A program made the translations under genes and the position numbers. Source: Octopus sinensis (taxonomy: Eukaryota). From it: a DNA stretch of 64,000 bases. Each line of letters opens with the position of its first letter. The first letter of the stretch is position 1. The stretch lies in assembly GCF_006345805.1 (NCBI RefSeq), contig NC_043001.1, positions 94,178,001 to 94,242,000 of the forward strand, read 5' to 3'. The notes beneath the pieces are model-generated. The model worked only from the letters and a program-made list of their open reading frames with translations. It was not told the DNA's origin and ran no database searches. Shown here piece after piece: positions 1 through 14,411 of this stretch.

Positions 1-59
1 TATATTCATACATGCATGCACACACACACGCACACACACATATATATATACATGCATAC

Positions 60-104
<45 letters not shown>

Positions 105-107
<3 letters not shown>

Positions 108-572
108 TTATATATAGAGGGCATTATACATACATGCCAGACGGCATTATACATACATGCCAAACGCTAAGAGGGACAATCAGTCATTTCTACCAAAAAT
201 ATTACTAATCCCACCGAATGCAATTTTTCAAAGTAAGACATTTAAAAATATAGACCTGTATCACAGTGATTTCATACTTACGTAAGTATGAAATCACTGT
301 GATACAGGTCTATATTTTTAAATGTCTTACTTTGAAAAATTGCATTCGGTGGGATTAGTAATATTTTTGGTAGAAATGACTGATTGTCCCTCTTAGCGTT
401 TGGCATGTATGTATAATGCCGTCTGGCATGTATGTATAATGCCCTCTATATATAAATTAATATGTCCAATAAGAATAATTATTTTCGAAATTTTTTCTCT
501 TATGAGGTTTTTACGCTATCTACCTGACAATTTCTTGTTAAGTTTTCCTTATTAAGTAGTTGCCCTTAATTG

Positions 573-573
<1 letters not shown>
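105..573. mobile_element. Fold-back element: perfect 354-bp palindrome (105-458) plus ~115-bp single-copy tail, between (TA)n tracts
   Basis: Arms are reverse complements around the centre 281/282 (…atacttac|gtaagtat…) with no spacer. The tail ends tgcccttaattgc before (TA)n. Confidence 0.8.
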
Positions 574-619
<46 letters not shown>

Positions 620-639
620 AGATGTATACACACACACAC

Positions 640-672
<33 letters not shown>

Positions 673-1174
673 CTCAGAGTTCAATTTTTATTTGTAATAC
701 ATACGAAGAAGAAAAAAATAAAAGTATCGCTGATTAATAGGTTGAAGTGTTTCAGACGGATCATTTCATTAAAATATATGGGAAAACGGAGAGAAAATAG
801 CAGGATAAAGGAGTATCATCAGCATTAACAAAAAGAATTTCACCAACAGGCCAAAAATATAGAAGACACAAACACAGGCACACACGCAGACGCACACAGA
901 CACGCATGCACACACTGACACTCATACGTAGACACACGCCTAAGCGCGCTCACACAAAACCAGTCATACACACACATACGCACAACAAATGATATCTCTT
1001 CAAATAGAAACTAATAAGAAAAAAATATTTCATACAAAATACAAATTATTTGGAAGTTATATTTTATTAAAATGTTTTCACGGGAAACGAGATAATATCA
1101 ACAGCAATGGACACTCAGGAATATGTGCATGCACATACAACACATTCATATGTACAGGTTATAAATGCAGGCAT

Positions 1175-1237
1175 TTATATATATAATATATATAGTATAT
1201 ATATATATGTGTGTATACATATATATACATATATTAT

Positions 1238-1268
<31 letters not shown>

Positions 1269-1511
1269 TATATATGTATATTATATATATATGTGTATAT
1301 ATATGTATATTATATATGTATATATATATGTATATATATATGTATATATATATGTATATATATATATGTATATATATATGTATATATATTGTATATATAT
1401 ATGTAATATATATTATATATATATGTATTATATATATATATATGTATATATATATGTAATATATATGTATATATATATGTATATATATATACATATACAT
1501 GTATATATATA

Positions 1512-1542
<31 letters not shown>

Positions 1543-1943
1543 ATGTATATATATATTATATATTATGTATATATATATGTATATATATATGTATATATAA
1601 TGTATATATATATATATACATGTATATATATATAATATACATATATTTATATATATAATATATATAACATGTATATATATATATACATATATTATATATA
1701 TATATAATATACATATATTATATATATACATATACATGTATATATATATATATATATAATATATATATACATGTATATATATAAATATACATATATTTAT
1801 GTATATATATATATATATATTACATGTATATATATAAATATACATATATTTATATATATATAATATATATACATGTATATATATAAATATACATATATTT
1901 ATATATATATATATATATACATATATTTATATATATATATATA

Positions 1944-1979
<36 letters not shown>

Positions 1980-2000
1980 ATGTGAGTATGTATGTATGTG
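1175..2000. repeat. Degenerate (TA)n/(TATG)n/(TG)n low-complexity array
   Basis: Almost only alternating T/A with sporadic G/C; source of the spurious Y/I-rich ORFs. Confidence 0.95.
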
Positions 2001-3059
2001 TGTATAAAATACACACGCATATATATGTTTCCGTACGTTCACAGAAACGTAAGCATATGAGCGATACTTGGACGGTATCTGATATTTTTTGGGGGGCAGT
2101 CTGAGAGCGTGTGTTTGACAAGTAGGGACTTGAAAACATTATCCGATGCAATGCGTTTAGCAGATAACAAGTTACAGGCCGTTGGCATATAGCCGGAAGT
2201 CAACCTAAGTGCTACAAAGCGTAAAAATGAATTATATTGCAAACGACGGAAGTAGACAACGTGTAAGAGAGAAAGAAAGATAATAACTTATGCAAACAGA
2301 AAAAAGAAAGAAGGCCCTATATATTGTTTCTACGAATATTGATGATTATTTCAGCTATTGATATCTTCACAGTTTCCCCCACCAACTTTCTAATAGATAT
2401 TTGAATGAAAAATCAGATAAAAAAAATAAAAGAACAGCTATCGTGTTCGGTATAAATATAGCAAATAACGTCAGTAATTTTAGCATACGAGAACAACTGT
2501 GGCAGATATTGCAATAAACGAACATGAATCCATGACGTAGAGAAAGGTTTTTCTTTTCTCTCTCTTCACATGGATTTATTTACGTCAGTGCTAAAAAAGA
2601 ATATATGAATATAAGTAATCATTACATGAAATATTGAAAATAATTTCAGATTTCCCATCTCAGTTTAAGCAATATGCAATTTCTAATATGTAATGCATCT
2701 TCATAATACTTTATTGAAATTGTTTTGTGTGTACATTTAATTTTCTTTATATCAAAGAATGTACAGTTATTTTTTTTGTTTACCTAGTGAATTGCGATCT
2801 GAATTCGAGTTTCGGTCATACATTTGAAATCCATCCTTAATTTTACATTAACTTGGTGTTCTTTTTCGCAACTTTCTTCATTATTCAACTGAAATTTTAA
2901 AATAACGAGGAATCTGAAATAGATATAAATACATACATACACATTTACATACAAACATATTTATATACACACATATGTATGTATGTATATATATACGAGT
3001 GTGTGTGTATGTATGTATATATATATACATATAAATATATGTATATATCATAAACACTG

Positions 3060-4420
3060 CTAGTATCCCATTTTAAACGGTTATTCCTAAGTGGTTGGCT
3101 TTTGGTGAATGTGGAATGTTGATTTTGCTAACCTCGTTCGAGTTTCTTGTTGTCATGTAGGTTCATCAGTGATCTTGGGCAGTAGAAGACGAATGTTTCT
3201 CTTGATGACATGTACCTTAATCCACGTAAATCCCTCAATATTTTTTCAGCAAGGTATTAAATAGCTGTGGGCCTTTGAAACCTAAGTTATTGTTGTAATT
3301 GGTCCTTATTCTAAAAGAGATGGTTGGAACGTTTATAACAGTGTAGTAGATGCTTATTCAGTTGTTGCGGCACCTGGTGATGACAAAGTTTTGTTCCAGT
3401 GCCCCTTCGATAATACATATGATTACCCCTTCATATCTCACATCTTCGTTGTAATTGTTTTTCAAATTTCGAAGAAGCCCAGGTGTTTCGCTGAAGTTAG
3501 CTTCTTGATGCAACACTGCTGGACCGCCTCGTGTTCCCCTACTAAACTGACACCGGGTTCTGACCATAGTTTTGATGAGAAGTCCAAAATAAATGTACTC
3601 CATGCGACGAGCATTGTTTCCTGGTCACTTGTTGTAACATTTCTCGGAAACTACCTGGCAACTCGTCTACACATGTTACAATCCCGATGATAAGTACATG
3701 AAATAATGCATCGTTGCTCATATCAATACCCTGGGCATGTGACTTCCTTTGACTTTGGGATTGCACCTAGTTTTGGCCCAAAGTATCAATGTTGTGGCGT
3801 GTTAGTAGAAGCTGCCTATTAGCGAAACACTTGGAGTTTCTCTGCGAGAAATTGTATATTGATTTATTCAGCCCGCTTTTATATGCCATGTACATCTTAC
3901 TATAACACTCGCTATTAATGTCTCCTTGGAGAAAACTTCATTGTTTGTTGCACCAAGTCTTTAACGATTCATGTAATCAAACACTCAATTTTCCAACGAT
4001 GCTGACTCTTGACATATCATTCCGTGAACAGCCTTATCAAAATCCTTTGCAAAATAAATATATATCACAACCAAGTTTGAGCGATACATAAGATACATTA
4101 ACACCCAGACATAATGATTCAAAATTGTAAAAGCTTCTTCCTGAGCGGTAGCCATGCTAGGTGGCAGGAAGCAAGTATTTACCTTCGGGGAATGTGATCA
4201 GCTTCCCCCTGACAATTCGTTCTATGAGTTAGATATCATGTGAAGTTAGCGTGACAGGCGTATCATTTATAACTCTTGCACTGCTCCCACATTTGTGGAT
4301 AAGACATATGCGCTCCTTTATCTTTCAGCGATCTCAACTACTTGCAAATAATATTTGGAAGAGGATTGATTTAGAATGTTTGCTGGGAATCCATCAGGGC
4401 CATTTCTGTAACTTAAGCTC
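3060..4420 (-). mobile_element. Old, heavily decayed CR1-type LINE (RT and C-terminal region)
   Basis: Minus-strand translation fragments DGFPANIL (~4390), VIYIYFAKDFDKA (~4050), TSDQETMLVAWSTFI (~3610) and LGFKGPQLFNTL (~3270) are colinear with the LINE at 49988-51610. Many stops and frameshifts. Confidence 0.85.
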
Positions 4421-4763
4421 ATTTCATCAATGACAGATATTATATCAGTATACATGAATCTCAATGTAATCGATAACCGCTATTAATTCATGTGGACATG
4501 TAGTGTTACAAAATTACTTAGGCGTGTTTATTTGCAATTGTCCTGTCGAAAGGTGGAAACATTGTTGTAAAGTACCGGCAAGGAAAATTTTCAGTTGAAT
4601 TAAATGACCCCAGTACTCATTCTCTTTGTCGATATGTTATGTTAAGGGGGCGTAAGCACACCGTCACTGGTTGCCAAGCGTACTCACACACATAATACAC
4701 ATAATATACACATACATACATACATACATACATACATACATACATACATCATATATATATATT

Positions 4764-4804
<41 letters not shown>

Positions 4805-4806
4805 TG

Positions 4807-5100
4807 AGGCGCAATGGCCCAGTGGTTAGGGTAGCGGACTCGAGGTCTCGATTCCCAGACCAGGCGTTGTGTGTGTTTTTTGAGCGAAAACACCTAAAAG
4901 CTCCACGAGGCTGCGGCAGGGGTTGGTGGCGAACCCTGTTGTACTCTTTCGCGACAACTTTCTCTCACTCTCTCTTCCTGTTTCTTGAATAACGCTACGA
5001 GGGACTGGCGTCCCGTCCAGCTGGAGGGGGGAACACATACGCCACAGAAACCAGGAAACCGGGCCCATGAGCCTGGCTAGGCTTGAAAAGGGCGACGCTT
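4807..5100 (+). mobile_element. tRNA-derived SINE, family C (head 1 + tail T1)
   Basis: A-box-like tggcccagtggttagg and B-box-like tctcgattccc; body shared with 37945, 49673 and 54165 copies. Confidence 0.8.
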
Positions 5101-5508
5101 GTCGTTAAATATATATATATATACATACAAACACACAGATATATATACGTATGGATGTATGTATATATGTATGCATCTATTGTAAATACAACTGGAAATA
5201 TATAATATTAATACTGGAAAAGCAAGCTGTAATAAATACTATATTATCTGAAGGTAAGACATATAATTTCAACCTTTCGAGAGTTAATACTTCATTAACA
5301 AAACTTTAAAGCCTAGATGGGATTGAAAACGCGGAATAGTCAGTGAGAGAATGAAATAGTTGTGGGGTGGAAGCTACAGATGGAAGAAGGTGGGGAATTA
5401 ATTCTACTGTATGCGTAGATGGTTCTTTTTTCCAGATGGGAAAAACGGCTGGATGGGGTTGTTGTTTAGTGGAAGTTTGAAATTTTTATACGACTGCTCA
5501 ATTGTTAA

Positions 5509-5553
5509 GCTTCCTGAAGAAAGCGTGATAAGCACGGGCGAAAAATGTGAAGC
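5509..5553 (+). ncRNA. Degenerate type I hammerhead ribozyme-like motif
   Basis: gcttc-CTGAAGA-aag cgtg ataag cacg ggc-GAAA-aatgt-gaagc. Stem I is perfect and both core boxes are intact; the base of stem II and the cleavage triplet are decayed. Confidence 0.45.
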
Positions 5554-7324
5554 AGAAGCATAGAAGCGTGTGAAAGGATGCGAGTGTAGATAACTGTGAC
5601 AAAGAAGATAGGTATCAACTCAGCGGAGATACGAAAGAAAAGATAACCCTCTCATACGCTCAGTACCAAATGCATTCACAAGAAGATACTTCAATGACAT
5701 ACACTCTCAGCCTTTGAAAACAGAACATATTACATATTTTCAATATTAGTATCGTTGCCCAGAAAGGCAGTCATTTAACTTGAAGATGGGAAATCGCTAG
5801 ACAATAGAAGATGCTAATTCTTACTGAACACCCACACACACACGCAAATACACGCGCTCGCACACACATACACACACACATACACACACAAGTGCCTGAT
5901 TTATTTGAGTTTGCGATCATTCTAAAATGTAGCCTTTATAAGATACATAGTGTGTGTTTGTACAGTTGATTGAACAAATGGAACGCTCCTAGACTACGCT
6001 AAATATAAAATCAATTAAAAGCATTAAAATATTGGAAGTTAATTTTCCCAAATAAATTATATTCCATAACGTGTTAAAAAATAATTATTGATTTTTGTGA
6101 AATAGTATGCACACACAAGATTCACACACACACATACATACATACAAACACACACACAAATTCTTGAAACTGTGAAGAATTTTGAAGCAATTCCATCTGA
6201 TAAAATATCGATGTGCCCGGTATCGTTTGTTGATTCTTATCAAAAATTGTTTTAAGTACCAAGCTCGAATAAAAACTAATTCAAGTCTATTGAGGTCAGC
6301 AACCTTATAAACATCTCCTTATTTATTTGACTTCAGAGCTGGGCATATGGCTTCACTTTAATCGAGGATCATGTCCTTTGGTAATGTTAACTAATTATAC
6401 TCCAAAGCTTCACTAATGACAGTTTGATATATATGAGTATTGCAAAAGATTATTTTGCACAATATAACTTGTTTGGTTTCCATTCTTACCTGCACAAGCC
6501 ATTTAAAAAAAAAAACTAACAACATATTCGTTAATAACGACAAATACGCTTTTACGGCATCATAATCTTACGAAAATCTAAGAAATGTCTGAAAAATTTA
6601 AAATTGAATGTAAATGTAATTTACCTTTATATGCAATTTAAAACCATCGATATTCCATGAATGTTTAACATATCTATATCCATATATGTAACTAAATAAA
6701 ATGCTGCCTCTGGATGAAAACATATAATCAAAAAGGTTTCGTAAGCATATTTTTCATTTGTTCACTTCGAAACTGCTCAGCTATACGAAACTCATAATAG
6801 CTGACATTTCAATTTACAATATAATAGAAAATCCTGTGAGTTTTAGATTTATCTAAAAACGCGTATTCTGTAACACGCTTGAATGCAATATTTTAAAGTA
6901 TCGAAAAACATTTAAAGCAAACACGGAAGACAATACATTCCAGATGGAAGAAAACTGTGTTGTAGATGAGTGGACAAGTGTAAATAGAACATCGCAATAT
7001 AAACCCAATTCTCATTTATATTCCAAATACGCATCATGGAAGGGAACAATAAAGATGGTATCTGCAATACACACTTGGCAACTTATCATGAGCTGACAGA
7101 TTATCTCTCCGATATAGAAAATACATAAATTTCAAAGAATATATATTGTCGTATATTAGAAGAAAAATTTAAAATTAGTACAAACACGTGCACGTGCTCG
7201 GTTCTTACATAAAATACACACATCCATTTTGTGAACTACGAGATTGTAAAGCTATTTGAAGTGAGAGCGTTACACACGCTCTCTTATTCACACACAGCCG
7301 TAAACACAAAAACAAAATCACATA

Positions 7325-7477
7325 TTACATGCATATATACACGTACACATATATGTACATACATACATTTATACATATATACATACATATATATACATAT
7401 GCATGTATATATACATATGTATATATATATATATATATAATATATATATATATATGTGTATATATATATATGTGTAT

Positions 7478-7511
<34 letters not shown>

Positions 7512-7603
7512 GTGTATATATATATGTGTATATATATATGTATATGTATATAATATATATATGTGTATATATATATATATATGTGTGTATATATATGTAT
7601 ATG

Positions 7604-7653
<50 letters not shown>

Positions 7654-7680
7654 TATATATTTATATATATACGTATGTAT
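7325..7680. repeat. (TA)n/(TATG)n low-complexity array
   Basis: Direct inspection. Confidence 0.95.
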
Positions 7681-8738
7681 ATTTGTCGTTGGTGATGGAG
7701 AAGGTTTAGTTGTTTAGGAGGCATTAATGATGAATTGGTAGAGCAAAATTGTTGTCTTCTGAGTTCGGCGTTCATGTGTTTCCAACACGCTAAGTTTGAT
7801 TGCACAATCTGATACGTCCATATCTGATTAATTACGTGTCCACTGATATTAATAAATTATCTTAGCCATTTTTCAATCTGTGTCATCACAGCTTCCCTCC
7901 TAACCTTTAAATTTCTTCATTTCCTATCATGTGTTAAACATAGCTATGAACAGTTTGGAGATCACAATGGACCGAACACGATTTTTCACATAGCGTAAGC
8001 GGCAGAATATTGTGCTGTCATTTCGCCAGGTATATGTCCCAGATAATATTAAGCATGATCTTGAACATAGTCAAAAATACCCTTCACATACGTAAAACAT
8101 GAATGAGAGTGCGTAACTGGAACATCTTTGATTATATAGCGGTTTATGCAGTTTTTAGTCCTAAATAATAACGAAAATCCCTACAACATATAATGTACTG
8201 ACGAAGGATTCTAAAGGTCATAAGTTTTCTGACAAACAAACTTTCATATATGCATATTCATATAAAAATCTATTAGAATACAAACATTGAGTTCATATAC
8301 AAACATGAAATTTTTTTATGCAGAATCATGTCTCTCACTATATAAGGAAGGAAAGGAAAGAAATTATCAGAATTATATTTTTGTAATAAGGCAAAATTTT
8401 ATAATTGTGTGAGTTGAAACCAAACCATCACAAAACTGTCGCTGCCAAGAGTGAATGTAAAAATACATGAATGCTCCACTTGAAATAACTACGTATTGAG
8501 ACGTATGTAAACAGAATTATTATATATTCTTTTGGAATAGACACAATGGTCGAAAAAGAACGAGTAGTTGTGAGATTGGTGATAAACCAGAGATCTACGC
8601 AGGTAATAGGGAACTGTATACTTGCAACCTACGGCCACTCCTTCGATATAAATTGTGTAAAAATATATTTATGTGAAGAGAAATGATACCAGGAACGCAG
8701 GCTGTTTGTTAAGAAAGTGGTGTCTGTGATATTTACTA

Positions 8739-9932
8739 TTGGATTGGCAAATAAGTTCCCGCCATTATTTTAAATTTTGGAATTTCTTGCGTTTTTAAAT
8801 TTTGGAATATATTTTTTCGAGAATTCTATTTTTGAATCATTTTGGAATATATTTTTTTCTAGTTGCTTTTAATTAATTTTTGTTTATTTTCAGATCAGTA
8901 AAATAGAATGTCAAGTTAAGAAAAACGAGCATTTTCGACACCTCCTTCTTTTTGCTTTTAATCCAGGTTCTAAGGCCGCAAAAGCTGCTCGCGATATTTG
9001 TGCAGTGTATGGAGGGGGTGCCATCGCTGAAAGAACCACTCGTGATTGGTATGCCAAGTTCAAAAATAGAAAATTTGACCTCAAAACGCACCTCATTCTG
9101 GCCGTCCAGTTGAGTTCGATGAAGAGCGATTAAACAGCAAAAGACAAGGGAACTGGCAGAGGAAATGGAATGCTCCCACACTGCTATAGAGAAGCATCTT
9201 CCCTCCATGGGAAGGCTCAGAAGTGTGAAGCATGGGCTCCGCATTCTTTAAGTGGCAGCAAAAATCAATGAGCCACAATTTCCGCTAGCTTGCTTGCTCG
9301 TCACCACTCAACTCACGGACACAAGCAACGATTTCTTTACCGAATCGTTACTGTCGACGAAAAATGGTGCGTGTACATCAATATGAAGCAGCGTAAGGAA
9401 TGGCTTAGCCTCGGTAAACAAGCGACATCGCGCGTGAAACAAGATGTTCACCCGCGTAAAATGATGTTCTGCTTGTGGTGGGACTGGGAAGGGATTATCC
9501 ATTAAGAATTGCTTGAACGGAACCAAACGGTCAACGGGGAACGACGCAACACGACTATTCAAGGGAAAAGACCTAATTGACAGCATGAAGTTCTTCTGCT
9601 TCACGACAACGTCCGCCCTCATATCGTCAATATGACTAAGGAAGCCATTCAAACGCAGGCCTCAGAAGTGATGCCACACCCAACGTAATCTCATGATTTG
9701 GCACGAACGGATTTCCACCCCTTTCGATCTCTTTCAAAGGCTATGCGCGGCGTTCATTCAATACTGATGCAGAATTGAGAGCTTGGCTGGATCAATCTTA
9801 CGAGTCGAAATCGGGTAATTTCTACCAACGAGGAATTGAAAATTTTGTTGAAATTTGTTGAACCTTTTGTAAATTTTTAAACGTTTTTAAATTTAAATTT
9901 AAAAATCGGCGGGAACTTAGTTCCCAACCCAT
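8739..9932 (+). mobile_element. Full-length decayed mariner DNA transposon; transposase pseudogene ~8903-9860
   Basis: Imperfect TIRs ttggattggcaaataagttcccgcc / ggcgggaacttagttcccaacccat flanked by TA. Translation gives HFRHLLLFAFN…AARDICAVYG, FLYRIVTVDEKW, LLHDN and SHDLARTDFHPFRSL, with stops and frameshifts. Confidence 0.93.
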
Positions 9933-9944
9933 TATAATGCTACT

Positions 9945-10519
9945 TCAACGCTTGCATAAAAAGACAGAGAAATGCATATCGTTAAAACATATTCCCATCT
10001 GCAATGACTGCTATTTCGAGAAATGGTAGACATATATAGCAAACAGAATATTATAAGAGAATATCTAAAAGTTTGTGTGATTTTAAACTTGATATTGATT
10101 GAGTGATAATTCCACCTTCGAAATAGACAAAAGTGAGATGGAGAAAGATTTTTAAAAGATATCAAATTATAAACGTAATCATCCCAGGAGACTAGAATAT
10201 AGCTAGCACAGAGGGAAAATAGTTAAGCAATTTTAGATATACCACGAATTTTCGACAGTCTGGAATATAGGAAATGAAGATATGTCGAAAGTAAGTGGAG
10301 CTCTTAGTTCTACTCCTATCAAGATGCTACGTATATCACCACGATATGTATAACATGTGATAATATAACCGGCAGATATTCGTCTCTAGTTTGGAGCACC
10401 GGGTAATCGAGAGAGGAACCTTTTACCAGAAGCCATATCACATGGAGAACGGTTCGCGGCAAAGGTCTGCTAAGGGGATACGATGATGGCGTTCAAGATT
10501 TTGATGCTGCTGCTGCTGC

Positions 10520-10555
<36 letters not shown>

Positions 10556-11115
10556 CACCTCCACCACCTCCGCTGCTGCTACTACTACTACTACTTAAAT
10601 GTAGGTATAGTAGTAGTTCATACTACTACTATTACTACTACTACCACCACCATCACTACCATCACTCCACCACCACCACCACCACCACCATCATCACAAC
10701 TGTTTCTTTAACGCTTGCAAAAAGAGAATAAGAATAGGTATATCGATAAAAGGTATTTGCATCTGAGAAGACTGATTTGGTAGTCAAGAAATGGCACACA
10801 CATTTGGAAAACACAGTATTATGGAAAGTATATTTAAAATCTGTGATTTTAAAATTTATTTTCATAGTGTGATAGTCTACCTTCGAAATAGACGAAATGG
10901 TATTGGAGAAAGATGAAAAAAATTAGTAAATTAGAAACAGTCATTCCAAGCGACCACAATACAGCGAGCATGGAGGAAAAAATGATTAAGAAAAGTAAGC
11001 AATTCTATGAATTTTCAACAGTCTGGAATACAGAAAATGAAGATATGTCAAAAGTAAGTGGCGTTTACGATTCTATTTCTAGGATGATTCTACGCACATC
11101 ATGGAGCTACGTAGC
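9945..11115. repeat. Diverged ~400-bp direct duplication (9945-10350 and 10705-11115) flanking a trinucleotide microsatellite
   Basis: Shared colinear blocks aacgcttgca, ccttcgaaatagac, acagtctggaata and aaatgaagatatgtc.aaagtaagtgg. Confidence 0.8.
10503..10695. repeat. Compound (CTG/CTA/CCA)n microsatellite
   Basis: Direct inspection. Confidence 0.95.
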
Positions 11116-11347
11116 TGAAGGTTACATGGCTTCCACTTCCGTCTTTTAAAGCCAAACCTAATTTATTTTGAAATCGTAAACATCATTCCAATCACATGTT
11201 ATCACTAACTTACACACTTTACAAGTGTTTCATTTTGTTATTCTGATTGGGAGAAAATCGCTTTACATTTTCCTTATACAGAAGGTGCACACTGGGTTTT
11301 TTCCAAGCATAAATCCACTTGTAAGTCCATTATTTAATGTACAAGAT

Positions 11348-11572
11348 CACGAATTTTACTGCAAAGTTCCTAGGTTTTGTTTAAAAGAACATACAAGAGG
11401 ATCACTTAATAATGATTTTATGCAGCATATTCCCCTCTCAGATTCACATACTTATTGCAGCGGTCCTTCAGTTTTTCTAAGCCCACTAAAAGAACTTGGA
11501 AGTAATGTTAGCCATCCTTCCAAGCTTTTCGCGATACCCTTAGAGCCAGGAACTTTTCAACACCCCCTCTTA
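11348..11572 (-). mobile_element. Internally deleted mariner-type MITE
   Basis: Imperfect TIRs (ctgcaaagttcctagg / gccaggaacttttcaacaccccctc). The minus strand retains a mariner-like C-terminal NKYVNLRGEYA. Confidence 0.65.
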
Positions 11573-12032
11573 ATAGTATTATTTATCTTTGTTTTGCAAT
11601 GTGACATGCTAGATGTCATGACATTGCCAAAATTATCAACGACGTCGCAACCATTGACATTCACTTCAATAGGCATGAAAGAGTTACAATAGCATAAGCT
11701 GTTTTGTAAAATCTGTTTACGGCATGCACAAGTTAATGCTTCAATTCTTACAGCTACACAAACTTGCCTTATCAATTGCCTGGTGATCCTTTGTTTAAAA
11801 ATGAATCTTTCCGGCATTATTTTAGTTTCACGGCAGACAACAGATCATTTTGTTGTAAGTTTTGATACGTTTACACATCGAAAATTTGCTGATAAGTGCT
11901 TCAATGGAAGGTTTATGTTTTAATGGTAATTCTCTAGAACTCTTTCTTCTATCTTATTTTCCATTATAAGAATTGACCTCCACCACCAGCATTTCACTTA
12001 CTCATCTAAACGAAAAGCACTTGTCAAAATAT

Positions 12033-12300
12033 TTGGTTTTTGGATTTAGTTTGCAAGATTCTTGATGAGTTCGTGTGTTGAAGCATATTCTGTTGTGTCT
12101 GGGGAGAGTCATTTTCCTTTTGTGCCCTATAATGTAACACACTCACCGGTAAAATTTCCACTTTTTTCTTATTGAGTCAAAACTATTGAAAAGGTTGCAA
12201 GACGCAACGAAAGATTTGGGAAAATAAAAATGAGAAAAATGTGGAAATTTTACCGGTGAGTGTGTTACATTATAAGGCACAAAAAATGACTTACCCAAGA
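12033..12300. mobile_element. Fold-back repeat (tail + hairpin), copy 1, with TSD-like flanks
   Basis: Arms tgtaacacactcaccggtaaaatttccac / gtggaaattttaccggtgagtgtgttaca; flanked by cacttgtcaa(a/g)atatt on both sides. Same family as 18750-19100. Confidence 0.8.
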
Positions 12301-12826
12301 CACTTGTCAAGATATTGTCAAACTTTCTTATTTAAAACATTGATATTCCTCAAACAAGAATCCTTAAACTTGATAAGGTTTAGGCACCTTCCAAATCGAG
12401 GTCTCTGCGAGTAGCTTCTCTGCAACATCATACTCAAATTTATTTCTAATTGATTTGAAAATGTCATTTCAAGTTTCTTGATAGGGTTGATAAATACCGT
12501 ATACAAAGCTTCGAATTAGTAACTCTGCAACTGGAGCGTTCTGAGATCGAATTCTGCTTAAGTCAACATTTTCTCTAATTTTGCCGGTCAATAAATATAT
12601 GGTATAATTGGGCGGTTTGGTTCAAAAATGATTGGGAACAAGAATATATAAAATCAAATGAAATAATTTGCGAAAAAACAGAGTTAACATAGAAAATTCT
12701 TCTCAATTTCCAACAGAAAGGGGTAAGAATTTGCAGACCAAATGTAGGGTCGTGAGGAGATTGAACTTTGACTCCTCAAATCAAATAGACTAAGAATCAA
12801 AACCTGAATATAAATAACGTGATCAA

Positions 12827-12882
<56 letters not shown>

Positions 12883-12889
12883 TTATATA

Positions 12890-13084
12890 AATAAGGATTA
12901 TTTAAATACCGATCATATTAAGTGACCAGCAAGGAATAAAAACCTTCAAAGGTAATAATTATTTAGAATTATAATTTAGGGTAACTAAGAGATAAACATA
13001 CAGTGTGGCTTTAGAGTCAAGGGTTGACTGCTATTTACAGGTTTGCAGCGTAGTAGTATCTCTTAGATACCCTAAATTATAATT
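12890..13084. repeat. Short fold-back element next to (TA)n (arms 12967-12994 and 13057-13084)
   Basis: aattataatttagggtaactaagagata … tatctcttagataccctaaattataatt, with a ~75-bp unpaired tail towards the (TA)n. Confidence 0.6.
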
Positions 13085-14306
13085 TACACACACATATATA
13101 TATATTTACACATATGTATGTACTTTTGTATGTATTGTGTGGGCGTGTATATATGCGTGTGTATTTACGTGCACGTGCATGTGTTTGTACGTGGGGTGGA
13201 TGAAACATAGTGTACTTCAAAGATGTGTACTTCTAAGTCGAGAAAAATTATAAAATCCTTCATGATGAAATATATATACATCAGCATTTGCATCTCTGAC
13301 TGCATAGCTTGGAGATTAATTAGACATGGCGCCTGAATATATGTGTCAGAATAGTAGTAAATAAATCTCTAATATTTTCCGGGCATTGATAGAGTTATCG
13401 TGCATTGTTGGTTGGCTATTGCTGTCGTCGACAAAATAGTTCGGAATTGTTAATTATAATATAACCATTTCAGTTCGTCTCAGAGCTAGTAATGAGCTCA
13501 AGGAATATGATACCAGCCTGAAATCAGAGGGTGATGTCTGCATATGATGCGCCCTTCCAGCATAATGTATTACTTTAATGGGAAGAGGATTTGATATGCA
13601 AATTTAATTACAATTTATATACAAGAGTCAATCTGACTAAGTAATTAAAATTAACAGTGGGGATGTAGGCCTTTGCCGTGTCCTCAAGACAGTTCAGAAG
13701 CGTCTACATATCGGTATATTTCTGAGTAAACCTGACGATCCTGCTGGATATCCAAACCATCCATGTGCATTTTCAGCTGTCCGTCGGACTAATGTCCAAC
13801 GATGGCGTACGGACTGTGTGGATTTGGTTTTTAATTTGAGAAACTGCAAGTCCTGTGTCTTCTCACTGTTTTGTTTTGCAATCACCACCGCCCCAGAGTA
13901 GTAACAACCAACTCCGAATTGTTTATATCCGATATCAACAATTAAAAATGATTATAGTTGTGTCATGATAAGATTCGTATTGAACGAATGTGATAATGTA
14001 GCAGAAAACTTATGAAGCCATATAGAAGCGTATATTATAAAGAAAGTAAACTCTGAGTGACATTCTATTCGAAAATCTTGTGGGAACACGTATTGAATAA
14101 TAAACTTTCACTTCAGAAGGATGTAAAAGTTAGTTTCAGATCAAGGGTTTCATTTACTATGAACATCTTTGTGAATAAATATAAAAGAAAATGCAAAATT
14201 TTCATAACAATTTGTGAGGACATTCATGAATATATTTAAGATTTTTAGATTAGTTATATTATTTCATCGAAATACATTCACGCTTCGTGGCACATTGACT
14301 GGACGG

Positions 14307-14411
<105 letters not shown>

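Noticed and set aside
730-830. Minus-strand CTGATGA…GAAA hammerhead candidate
   Set aside because: No convincing stem II or cleavage triplet.
1165-1845. Long Y/I/C/V/H/T-rich ORFs here and throughout the ORF track
   Set aside because: They are translations of (TA)n, (CA)n and (CTAT)n microsatellites, which lack stops by construction.
11225-11817. 155-aa and 86-aa ORFs as genes
   Set aside because: They span a mariner MITE and show no recognisable domain or splice signals.
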